Shown here piece after piece: positions 48,646 to 58,708 of a stretch of DNA of 58,708 nucleotides (position 1 is its first letter; each line of letters opens with the position of its first letter). A program made the position numbers and the translations under genes. The notes beneath the pieces are model-generated. The model ran no database searches, was not told the DNA's origin, and saw only the letters and a list, made by a program, of their open reading frames with translations. This DNA is from Eledone cirrhosa (Eukaryota): positions 1 through 58,708 of the forward strand of contig CAXHJY010000649.1 of the NCBI GenBank assembly GCA_964016885.1, given 5' to 3'.

Positions 48646-51558
48646 ACCCTCAGTTCCTACCCCCCCCCCCCCCCCTCTATGCACTTCTTTAAGGCTTACT
48701 ACCCTGTCTTTAACCTAATTCATTCAATCTGAAAATATTGAAGAGATAAGACACTTTGCCATTCTTCTCTGCTAAAATGTACCACTGAGCTGATTCAAAT
48801 TTTCCCAGCCAGCCATCCACCTAATCTACGAAGGTATTTTAGCCTACATATTGTCGTTAATATTATGATGTTCCCTGCTGTATTAGCGTTAAATTTTCCC
48901 TGCTGTATTAGCGATAAATTTTCGAGGGTTTCTCTTAGTAGCTTTTTTCATGACGTTATTATTGTTAATTTTACTGATGTAGTATTAACTTATTAACTTG
49001 GATATTTACCATGCGGTATTCTAATCCTATTGTATCTCTCTGTTATTTACCATGCGACCCTCAGTTCCTACCCCCCCCCCCCTCTATGCACTTCTTTAAG
49101 GCTTACTACCCTGTCTTTAACCTAATTCATTCAATCTGAAAATATTGAAGAGATAAGACACTTTGCCATTCTTCTCTGCTAAAATGTACCACTGAGCTGA
49201 TTCAAATTTTCCCAGCCAGCCATCCACCTAATCTACGAAGGTATTTTAGCCTACATATTGTCGTTAATATTATGATGTTCCCTGCTGTATTAGCGTTAAA
49301 TTTTCCCTGCTGTATTAGCGATAAATTTTCGAGGGTTTCTCTTAGTAGCTTTTTCATGTCGTTAATATTATGATGTTCCCTGCTGTATTAGCGTTAAATT
49401 TTCCCTGCTGTATTAGCGATAAATTTTCGAGGGTTTCTCTTAGTAGCTTTTTTCATGACGTTATTATTGTTAATTTTACTGATGTAGTATTAACTTATTA
49501 ACTTGGATATTTACCATGCGGTATTCTAATCCTATTGTATCTCTCTGTTATTTACCATGCGACCCTCAGTTCCTACCCCCCCCCCCCCCCTCTATGCCAC
49601 TTCTTTAAGGCTTACTACCCTGTCTTTAACCTAATTCATTCAATCTGAAAATATTGAAGAGATAAGACACTTTGCCATTCTTCTCTGCTAAAATGTACCA
49701 CTGAGCTGATTCAAATTTTCCCAGCCAGCCATCCACCTAATCTACGAAGGTATTTTAGCCTACATATTGTCGTTAATATTATGATGTTCCCTGCTGTATT
49801 AGCGTTAAATTTTCCCTGCTGTATTAGCGATAAATTTTCGAGGGTTTCTCTTAGTAGCTTTTTCATGTCGTTAATATTATGATGTTCCCTGCTGTATTAG
49901 CGTTAAATTTTCCCTGCTGTATTAGCGATAAATTTTCGAGGGTTTCTCTTAGTAGCTTTTTTCATGACGTTATTATTGTTAATTTTACTGATGTAGTATT
50001 AACTTATTAACTTGGATATTTACCATGCGGTATTCTAATCCTATTGTATCTCTCTGTTATTTACCATGCGACCCTCAGTTCCTACCCCCCCCCCCCCCTC
50101 TATGCACTTCTTTAAGGCTTACTACCCTGTCTTTAACCTAATTCATTCAATCTGAAAATATTGAAGAGATAAGACACTTTGCCATTCTTCTCTGCTAAAA
50201 TGTACCACTGAGCTGATTCAAATTTTCCCAGCCAGCCATCCACCTAATCTACGAAGGTATTTTAGCCTACATATTGTCGTTAATATTATGATGTTCCCTG
50301 CTGTATTAGCGTTAAATTTTCCCTGCTGTATTAGCGATAAATTTTCGAGGGTTTCTCTTAGTAGCTTTTTCATGTCGTTAATATTATGATGTTCCCTGCT
50401 GTATTAGCGTTAAATTTTCCCTGCTGTATTAGCGATAAATTTTCGAGGGTTTCTCTTAGTAGCTTTTTTCATGACGTTATTATTGTTAATTTTACTGATG
50501 TAGTATTAACTTATTAACTTGGATATTTACCATGCGGTATTCTAATCCTATTGTATCTCTCTGTTATTTACCATGCGACCCTCAGTTCCTACCCCCCCCC
50601 CCCCCCTCTATGCACTTCTTTAAGGCTTACTACCCTGTCTTTAACCTAATTCATTCAATCTGAAAATATTGAAGAGATAAGACACTTTGCCATTCTTCTC
50701 TGCTAAAATGTACCACTGAGCTGATTCAAATTTTCCCAGCCAGCCATCCACCTAATCTACGAAGGTATTTTAGCCTACATATTGTCGTTAATATTATGAT
50801 GTTCCCTGCTGTATTAGCGTTAAATTTTCCCTGCTGTATTAGCGATAAATTTTCGAGGGTTTCTCTTAGTAGCTTTTTCATGTCGTTAATATTATGATGT
50901 TCCCTGCTGTATTAGCGTTAAATTTTCCCTGCTGTATTAGCGATAAATTTTCGAGGGTTTCTCTTAGTAGCTTTTTTCATGACGTTATTATTGTTAATTT
51001 TACTGATGTAGTATTAACTTATTAACTTGGATATTTACCATGCGGTATTCTAATCCTATTGTATCTCTCTGTTATTTACCATGCGACCCTCAGTTCCTAC
51101 CCCCCCCCCCCCTCTATGCACTTCTTTAAGGCTTACTACCCTGTCTTTAACCTAATTCATTCAATCTGAAAATATTGAAGAGATAAGACACTTTGCCATT
51201 CTTCTCTGCTAAAATGTACCACTGAGCTGATTCAAATTTTCCCAGCCAGCCATCCACCTAATCTACGAAGGTATTTTAGCCTACATATTGTCGTTAATAT
51301 TATGATGTTCCCTGCTGTATTAGCGTTAAATTTTCCCTGCTGTATTAGCGATAAATTTTCGAGGGTTTCTCTTAGTAGCTTTTTCATGTCGTTAATATTA
51401 TGATGTTCCCTGCTGTATTAGCGTTAAATTTTCCCTGCTGTATTAGCGATAAATTTTCGAGGGTTTCTCTTAGTAGCTTTTTCCATGACGTTATTATTGT
51501 TAATTTTACTGATGTAGTATTAACTTGGATATTTACCATGCGACCCTCAGTTCCTACC
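48646..51558. repeat. Nested tandem array of six units abutting the intact RTE
   Basis: Marker cagttcctac at 48651, 49062, 49567, 50076, 50583, 51091 and 51548 (spacings 411, 505, 509, 507, 508, 457); internal ~26-bp and ~97-bp sub-repeats. Confidence 0.95.
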
Positions 51559-54500
51559 TCACAATTTCCCTCCCCCCCACCCCCACACACCACCATAGTC
51601 TATTCGACCAATCAAACCTAGCATGCCATTTCCACTGCTGCTGCTGCTACTACCTGCCTAACTAACTCTCTCCTCCTCTGGCGCATCCCAACACACCCTG
51701 CCATTACCCCACCACCACTGTCCTTCTAGCCCTCAATTTTCCCACCGTTAGGGATGGATGAGCTGGGAATACACGAGCAACTCTGAATCAATAGATGAAA
51801 TATGAATCTGCGAGCTACCAAGCACCCACGTGAAGCGCCAACCCAGAGACCCTCCCCTACGAGTGTCGACAAATGCCCAAAACTCCGAGTTGGTACCATC
51901 AATGTAGGCTCAATGAAAGGAAGAGCAGGAGAAATCGTAGAAATGCTAGAGCGAAAGGAAGTTGATGTATGCTGTGTGCAAGAGACTAGATGGAGAGGAG
52001 GGTCTGCTAGAGTCCTTGTAGGAAAAAGCCAGTGCTACAAATTTTTCTGGGTGGGAAATGACGATGGGATGGGTGGTGTAGGTATACTATTAGCTGACAA
52101 GTGGGTAGATAAAGTAATCTCAGTGTACAGGGTAAATGCAAGAATCATTAAACTCAGACTAGTCCTGAATAAGACAATTACCACAATAATATCAGCTTAC
52201 GCACCCCAATCGGGGCTGCCAGACGAACTTAAGGATAGGTTTTACGAGTCCCTAATACACACTACTGCTCTAACAGACGACAAGGACTTCCTAATCATTG
52301 CAGGAGATTTTAACGGACACGTAGGTAAACACTGCGACGGCTTCAATAGAGTACATGGAGGCCATGGAGTTGGCACAAGGAATGAGGAAGGATTCAGACT
52401 TCTAGAATTCTGCGACGCCAATGACATGTCGATATGTAACACAAACTTTAAAAAACCCGACAACCACCTGATCACCTATAGATCAGGGGAGCACTCTAGT
52501 CAGTTAGATTTTATCCTCATCAGAGGACGTGACAGATGGACGGTCGTAAACACAAAAGCCTTCCCTAGTGAGGAATGTACATCCCAACATAGCTTAGTTG
52601 TCAGCGACCTCACGGTCAGAACTAGACGAGCCCTGAAACAGAGGCCAACCTGGAGAAGAAAGATCTGGAAGCTGAAAGTCCCCTCAACCAGTAACAGATT
52701 TAAAGATATTTTACTCAACGCCTACGACAGTAAAGAAGAACAGATAGAGACATTTAACGTAGAAGAGAACTGGGAGTTCCTAAAAAATAACTTACTAGAG
52801 GCGACGGATGAGGTTTGTGGCTGGAGTAAGACCTCAAGCAGGAGGAGAGTGACTTGGTGGTGGAACAATAAGGTAGATGAAGCAGTCAAGGCCAAGAGAC
52901 AGGCATGGAAAGAATGGAAGAACGGGGGGAGCAGGGTACATTACATAGAGACCAAGAGGGAAGCTAGGCGACAAGTATACTTAGCTAGGAGGGAAGCAGA
53001 GGATAGAAAATTCAAGCATGTTTTACAACGTGAGGACCAGAAACAGGAGGTATTCAAGATTGCGAGGCAGTGTGTCAGAGATAGTTGTGATGTCATTGGA
53101 GAGAAGTGTATCCGGAATGATAAAGGTGAGCTTGCCCTCACAAGTGCTGAGAAGAAAGATGCATGGAAGAGTCATTATGATAGATTACTAAATGAGGAGA
53201 ATGCATGGGAAGAAGAGACCCTACCCCACGTAGACCCTATAGAGGGACCAGCAGTACAAGTCAGCGGCAGCGTAGTAAGTAAGGCAATCAGAGATATGAA
53301 GATAGGGAAGGCAACCGGTCCATTGGGTATAGCTGCCGAGATGCTGAAGGCATCTGGGTCTGTAGGTCACACTATAACCACACGTATCGTTAACCAGGTA
53401 ATACTAGAGGGGGCCATACCAAAAGATTGGTGCAGTAGCATCATTGTCAACTGCTACAAAGGTAAAGGCGATGCACTAGATAGAGGAAACTATAGAGGTA
53501 TAAAGTTGATGGACCAGGTCATGAAAGTAACAGAAAGAGTTATAGCACAGCTGATTAGGGACCGGGTGAATATAGACGAGATGCAATTTGGGTTTGTTCC
53601 AGGGAAAGGCACCACTGATGCGCTCTTCCTTGTGAGGCAATTACAGGAAAAGTACCTAGCTAAAAGTAAGCCACTCTACTTGGCATTTGTCGACCTTGAG
53701 AAAGCCTTTGACAGAGTTCCACGTGCAGTAATCTGGTGGGCTCTTAGAAAACTAGGAGTAGATGAATGGCTTGTGAAAGCGGTACAAGCCATGTATAGGG
53801 GAGCAGTCAGCAAAGTTAGGATTGGCAATGAGTATAGCGAGGAATTTAGCGTACAGGTTGGGGTCCACCAGGGCTCTGTTCTTAGCCCTCTCCTGTTCAT
53901 CATAGTCCTGCAGGCAATAACGGAGGAGTTTAAGACCGGATGCCCATGGGAACTCCTGTATGCTGATGACCTCGCACTCATAGCTGAATCTATGGTAGAA
54001 CTAGAGAATAAATTCCAAACCTGGAAGCAGGGACTAGAGAGAAAGGGCCTCAAAGTCAACATGACAAAGACTAAGGTCCTTATAAGTAGACGAGAAAACA
54101 GAACCCAGATCCCCTCAGGGAAATGGCCTTGCTCAGTATGTAGGAAAGGTGTAGGTAGGAACTCCATTCTTTGCCCCAAATGCAAACAATGGGTACACAA
54201 GAGATGTAGCGGGATCTCAGGAAGCTTAATTAAGAATGTAGGATTCACATGCAGCAGCTGTGCTGAAACAGCAAGCAAACAGCCACAGGAAACAAGTACC
54301 ACCAATCTCTGGGAGGGCCCTGTAGAAACAGTAGACAGCTTCTGCTACCTAGGTGACCGAATTAGCAACGGAGGTGGGTGCTCAGAAAGTACAATAACTA
54401 GGGTAAGAACGGGATGGAAGAAGTTTAGGGAACTACTACCACTGCTAGCTGCAAAAGGCTTCTCCCTCAGAATGAAAGGCAGACTGTATGATGCGTGTAT

Positions 54501-55218
54501 CCGAACAGCGATGTTGCATGGTAGTGAGACCTGGGCGCTGAAGGTGGAAGACCTACGTAGATTAGAGAGAAACGAAGCCTGCATGCTCCGATGGATGTGT
54601 AACAGTAATATACGTGAACGACAAAGCATAAATGAATTGAGAGAGAGACTGAGCATAAGAGGAATCAAATGCTGCGTGCAGGAGAGGCGGTTACGCTGGT
54701 ATGGACATGTGATGCGTATGAAGGATGACAGCTGCATAAAAAGGTGCAGAGCACTAGAAGTTGATGGAAACCGCGGAGTGGGGAGACCCAAGATGACTTG
54801 GGATGAGGTGATAAAAGCCGACCTTACCCAACTACACCTCTCAAAGTCAATGACACACGACCGTGACTTCTGGCGTCACGCAGTAATACAGGGTACCCGA
54901 CCTCCCATGGGTACATGCTGAAGCATATAAACAATATGCCCTCCCCCCCACCGCAAGGTGGTCGTGGAGGTGCCACGGCAAAAAAGCACCCAGCCCACAC
55001 TGTAAAGTGGACGTGTAGGCGCCACGAAAAAGCACCCAGCACTCACTGTAAATGAGGTTGGTGTTAGGAAGGGCATCCAGCTGTAGAAATCAAGCCAGAT
55101 CAGTTCCTGTATGAGCAAGGCATGGTCAGCCGACCAGACACTGCCCACAACAGGACAACCCGTCTAACCCATGCTAGCGTGGAAGAACGGACGTAAAACG
55201 GTGATGATGATGATGATG
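51545..55218 (+). mobile_element. Full-length RTE-clade LINE (subfamily A), potentially active
   Basis: Single uninterrupted ORF, ~280-bp 3' UTR, (GAT)n tail; 5' boundary uncertain because of the upstream array. Confidence 0.93.
51802..54921 (+). CDS. RTE LINE polyprotein: APE endonuclease, reverse transcriptase and C4HC3 PHD-type finger (1039 aa)
   Basis: APE motifs TINVG, VQETRW, SAYAPQ, AGDFNGH, LDFIL; RT motifs NYRGIKL, QFGF, FVDLEKAFD, GVHQGSVLSP, YADD (53959-53970), FCYLG; RTE-type C-terminus RRLRWYGHV...GRPKMTW. Confidence 0.96.
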   Translation: MNLRATKHPREAPTQRPSPTSVDKCPKLRVGTINVGSMKGRAGEIVEMLERKEVDVCCVQETRWRGGSARVLVGKSQCYKFFWVGNDDGMGGVGILLADKWVDKVISVYRVNARIIKLRLVLNKTITTIISAYAPQSGLPDELKDRFYESLIHTTALTDDKDFLIIAGDFNGHVGKHCDGFNRVHGGHGVGTRNEEGFRLLEFCDANDMSICNTNFKKPDNHLITYRSGEHSSQLDFILIRGRDRWTVVNTKAFPSEECTSQHSLVVSDLTVRTRRALKQRPTWRRKIWKLKVPSTSNRFKDILLNAYDSKEEQIETFNVEENWEFLKNNLLEATDEVCGWSKTSSRRRVTWWWNNKVDEAVKAKRQAWKEWKNGGSRVHYIETKREARRQVYLARREAEDRKFKHVLQREDQKQEVFKIARQCVRDSCDVIGEKCIRNDKGELALTSAEKKDAWKSHYDRLLNEENAWEEETLPHVDPIEGPAVQVSGSVVSKAIRDMKIGKATGPLGIAAEMLKASGSVGHTITTRIVNQVILEGAIPKDWCSSIIVNCYKGKGDALDRGNYRGIKLMDQVMKVTERVIAQLIRDRVNIDEMQFGFVPGKGTTDALFLVRQLQEKYLAKSKPLYLAFVDLEKAFDRVPRAVIWWALRKLGVDEWLVKAVQAMYRGAVSKVRIGNEYSEEFSVQVGVHQGSVLSPLLFIIVLQAITEEFKTGCPWELLYADDLALIAESMVELENKFQTWKQGLERKGLKVNMTKTKVLISRRENRTQIPSGKWPCSVCRKGVGRNSILCPKCKQWVHKRCSGISGSLIKNVGFTCSSCAETASKQPQETSTTNLWEGPVETVDSFCYLGDRISNGGGCSESTITRVRTGWKKFRELLPLLAAKGFSLRMKGRLYDACIRTAMLHGSETWALKVEDLRRLERNEACMLRWMCNSNIRERQSINELRERLSIRGIKCCVQERRLRWYGHVMRMKDDSCIKRCRALEVDGNRGVGRPKMTWDEVIKADLTQLHLSKSMTHDRDFWRHAVIQGTRPPMGTC

Positions 55219-55265
55219 AATATATAATATATTTATATATATATATATATATAATATATATAAAT

Positions 55266-55316
<51 letters not shown>

Positions 55317-55325
55317 TAATATATA

Positions 55326-58062
55326 TCATCATCATCATCATCATCACAGTTTTACGTCCGTTCTTCCACGCTAGCATGGGTTAGACGGGTTGTCCTGTTG
55401 TGGGCAGTGTCTGGTCGGCTGACCATGCCTTGCTCATACAGGAACTGATCTGGCTTGATTTCTACAGCTGGATGCCCTTCCTAACACCAACCTCATTTAC
55501 AGTGAGTGCTGGGTGCTTTTTCGCGGCGCCTACACGTCCACTTTACAGTGTGGGCTGGGTGCTTTTTTGCCGTGGCACCTCCACGACCACCTTGCGGTGG
55601 GGGCATATTGTTTAACCCATGGGAGGTCGGGTACCCTGTATTACTGCGTGACGCCAGAAGTCACGGTCGTGTGTCATTGACTTTGAGAGGTGTAGTTGGG
55701 TAAGGTCGGCTTTTATCACCTCATCCCAAGTCATCTTGTGTCTCCCCACTCCGCGGTTTCCATCAACTTCTAGTGCTCTGCACCTTTTTATGCAGCTGTC
55801 ATCCTTCATACGCATCACATGTCCATACCAGCGTAACCGCCTCTCCTGCACGCAGCATTTGATTCCTCTTATGCTCAGTCTCTCTCTCAATTCATTTATG
55901 CTTTGTCGTTCACGTATATTACTGTTACACATCCATCGGAGCATGCAGGCTTCGTTTCTCTCTAATCTACATAAGTCTTCCACCTTCAGCGCCCAGGTCT
56001 CACTACCATGCAACATCGCTGTTCGGATACACGCATCATACAGTCTGCCTTTCATTCTGAGGAGAAGCCTTTTGCAGCTAGCAGTGGTAGTAGTTCCCTA
56101 AACTTCTTCCATCCCGTTCTTACCCTAGTTATTGTACTTTCTGAGCACCCACCTCCGTTGCTAATTCGGTCACCTAGGTAGCAAAAGCTGTCTACTGTTT
56201 CTACAGGGCCCTCCCAGAGATTGGTGGTACTTGTTTCCTGTGGCTGTTTGCTTGCTGTTTCAGCATAGCTGCTGCATGTGAATCCTACATTCTTAATTAA
56301 GCTTCCTGAGATCCCGCTACATCTCTTGTGTACCCATTGTTTGCATTTGGGCAGAGAATGGAGTTCCTACCTACACCTTTCCTACATACTGAGCAAGGCC
56401 ATTTCCCTGAGGGGATCTGGGTTCTGTTTTCTCGTCTACTTATAAGGACCTTAGTCTTTGTCATGTTGACTTTGAGGCCCTTTCTCTCTAGTCCCTGCTT
56501 CCAGGTTTGGAATTTATTCTCTAGTTCTACCATAGATTCAGCTATGAGTGCGAGGTCATCAGCATACAGGAGTTCCCATGGGCATCCGGTCTTAAACTCC
56601 TCCGTTATTGCCTGCAGGACTATGATGAACAGGAGAGGGCTAAGAACAGAGCCCTGGTGGACCCCAACCTGTACGCTAAATTCCTCGCTATACTCATTGC
56701 CAATCCTAACTTTGCTGACTGCTCCCCTATACATGGCTTGTACCGCTTTCACAAGCCATTCATCTACTCCTAGTTTTCTAAGAGCCCACCAGATTACTGC
56801 ACGTGGAACTCTGTCAAGGGCTTTCTCAAGGTCGACAAATGCCAAGTAGAGTGGCTTACTTTTAGCTAGGTACTTTTCCTGTAATTGCCTCACAAGGAAG
56901 AGGGCATCAGTGGTGCCTTTCCCTGGTACAAACCCAAATTGCATCTCGTCTATATTCACCCGGTCCCTAATCAGCTGTGCTATAACTCTTTCTGTTACTT
57001 TCATGACCTGGTCCATCAACTTTATATAGTTTCCTCTATCTAGTGCATCGCCTTTACCTTTGTAGCAGTTGACAATGATGCTACTGCACCAATCTTTTGG
57101 TATGGCCCCCTCTAGTATTACCTGGTTAACGATACGTGTGGTTATAGTGTGACCTACAGACCCAGATGCCTTCAGCATCTCGGCAGCTATACCCGATGGA
57201 CCGGTTGCCTTCCCTATCTTCATATCTCTGATTGCCTTACTTACTACGCTGCCGCTGACTTGTACTGCTGGTCCCTCTATAGGGTCTACGTGGGGGTAGG
57301 GTCTCTTCTTCCCATGCATTCTCCTCATTTAGTAATCTATCATAATGACTCTTCCATGCATCTTTCTTCTCAGCACTTGTGAGGGCAAGCTCACCTTTAT
57401 CATTCCGGATACACTTCTCTCCAATGACATCACAACTATCTCTGACACACTGCCTCGCAATCTTGAATACCTCCTGTTTCTGGTCCTCACGTTGTAAAAC
57501 ATGCTTGAATTTTCTATCCTCTGCTTCCCTCCTAGCTAAGTATACTTGTCGCCTAGCTTCCCTCTTGGTCTCTATGTAATGTACCCTGCTCCCCCCGTTC
57601 TTCCATTCTTTCCATGCCTGTCTCTTGGCCTTGACTGCTTCATCTACCTTATTGTTCCACCACCAAGTCACTCTCCTGCTTGAGGTCTTACTCCAGCCAC
57701 AAACCTCATCCGTCGCCTCTAGTAAGTTATTTTTTAGGAACTCCCAGTTCTCTTCTACGTTAAATGTCTCTATCTGTTCTTCTTTACTGTCGTAGGCGTT
57801 GAGTAAAATATCTTTAAATCTGTTACTGGTTGAGAGGACTTTCAGCTTCCAGATCTTTCTTCTCCAGGTTGGCCTCTGTTTCAGGGCTCGTCTAGTTCTG
57901 ACCGTGAGGTCGCTGACAACTAAGCTATGTTGGGATGTACATTCCTCACTAGGGAAGGCTTTTGTGTTTACGACCGTCCATCTGTCACGTCCTCTGATGA
58001 GGATAAAATCTAACTGACTAGAGTGCTCCCCTGATCTATAGGTGATCAGGTGGTTGTCGGGA
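55326..58062 (-). mobile_element. RTE subfamily A, 5'-truncated, inverted tail-to-tail with the intact copy
   Basis: Reverse complement of ~52457-55218 with a few substitutions and small deletions that break the frame. Confidence 0.95.
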
Positions 58063-58113
58063 TAATATAATATATATATATATATAATATATATATATAT
58101 TTAATATATATAT

Positions 58114-58147
<34 letters not shown>

Positions 58148-58189
58148 ATATATATATATAATATAATATATATATATATATAATATAGA

Positions 58190-58410
58190 TAGGAACGATC
58201 GACTTTCGTCAAATCGGACCGAGGGAACAATGTTTCCGTTGGTCTTTCCAATTGCTAATACTATCTATCGGTCGCAACTCCAGGTAGAAGGAGCAACGTG
58301 AAATAAAGTGTCTTGCTCAAGGACATAACGCATCGCCTGGTCCAGGAATCGAACTCACAACCTTACGATTGCGAATCCAATTCTCTAACCACTCAGCCAC
58401 ATGCCTTCAC
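58190..58410 (-). mobile_element. tRNA-derived SINE, tail type 1
   Basis: Matches 11172-11390. Confidence 0.88.
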
Positions 58411-58589
58411 ATAATATATATATATATATATAATATAATATATATATATAATATATATATATAATATATATATATAATATATATATATAATATATATATA
58501 TATAATATATATATATAATATATATATAATATATATATATAATATATAATATATATATATAATATATATATAATATATATATATAATAT

Positions 58590-58657
<68 letters not shown>

Positions 58658-58674
58658 TATATATAATATATATA

Positions 58675-58708
<34 letters not shown>
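58411..58708. repeat. (TA)n-rich microsatellite
   Basis: Pure A/T run to the window end. Confidence 0.95.

Noticed and set aside
52576-52595. SQH instead of SDH in the endonuclease as an inactivating change
   Set aside because: Shared by subfamilies A and B, so it is a family trait and not copy-specific decay; the His is retained.
53676-54791. Antisense ORFs recurring in several RTE copies
   Set aside because: Shadow frames of the RT coding strand; they recur because the copies are nearly identical and show no domain motifs.

Overview
Eukaryotic, almost entirely repeat-derived DNA with no recognisable host gene. The mix of very long (TA)n arrays, RTE-clade LINEs with (GAT)n tails and tRNA-derived SINEs is compatible with a mollusc, possibly a cephalopod (inference only). 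Contents: (1) one intact 1039-aa RTE LINE ORF (APE endonuclease + RT) at 51802-54921, carrying a C4HC3 PHD-type finger inside the RT region, preceded by a nested ~508-bp tandem array and followed by a near-identical inverted copy; (2) many decayed RTE copies of three subfamilies (my labels A, B, C); (3) two decayed RepHel Helitrons with both termini (912-6477 +, 18155-21815 -) and non-autonomous Helitrons; (4) a 5'-truncated L1/Tx1-like LINE with a 20-bp target-site duplication; (5) modular tRNA-SINEs; (6) a 41-bp satellite rich in TGACGTCA. The least obvious signal is a set of non-coding fold-back elements from several unrelated sequence families that carry complete or half minimal type I hammerhead ribozyme motifs (CUGAnGA...GAAA, short mostly palindromic stem III, UH), the pattern known from Penelope-like element pseudo-LTRs. 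Everything was read by eye; boundaries next to microsatellites may be off by 10-20 bp.
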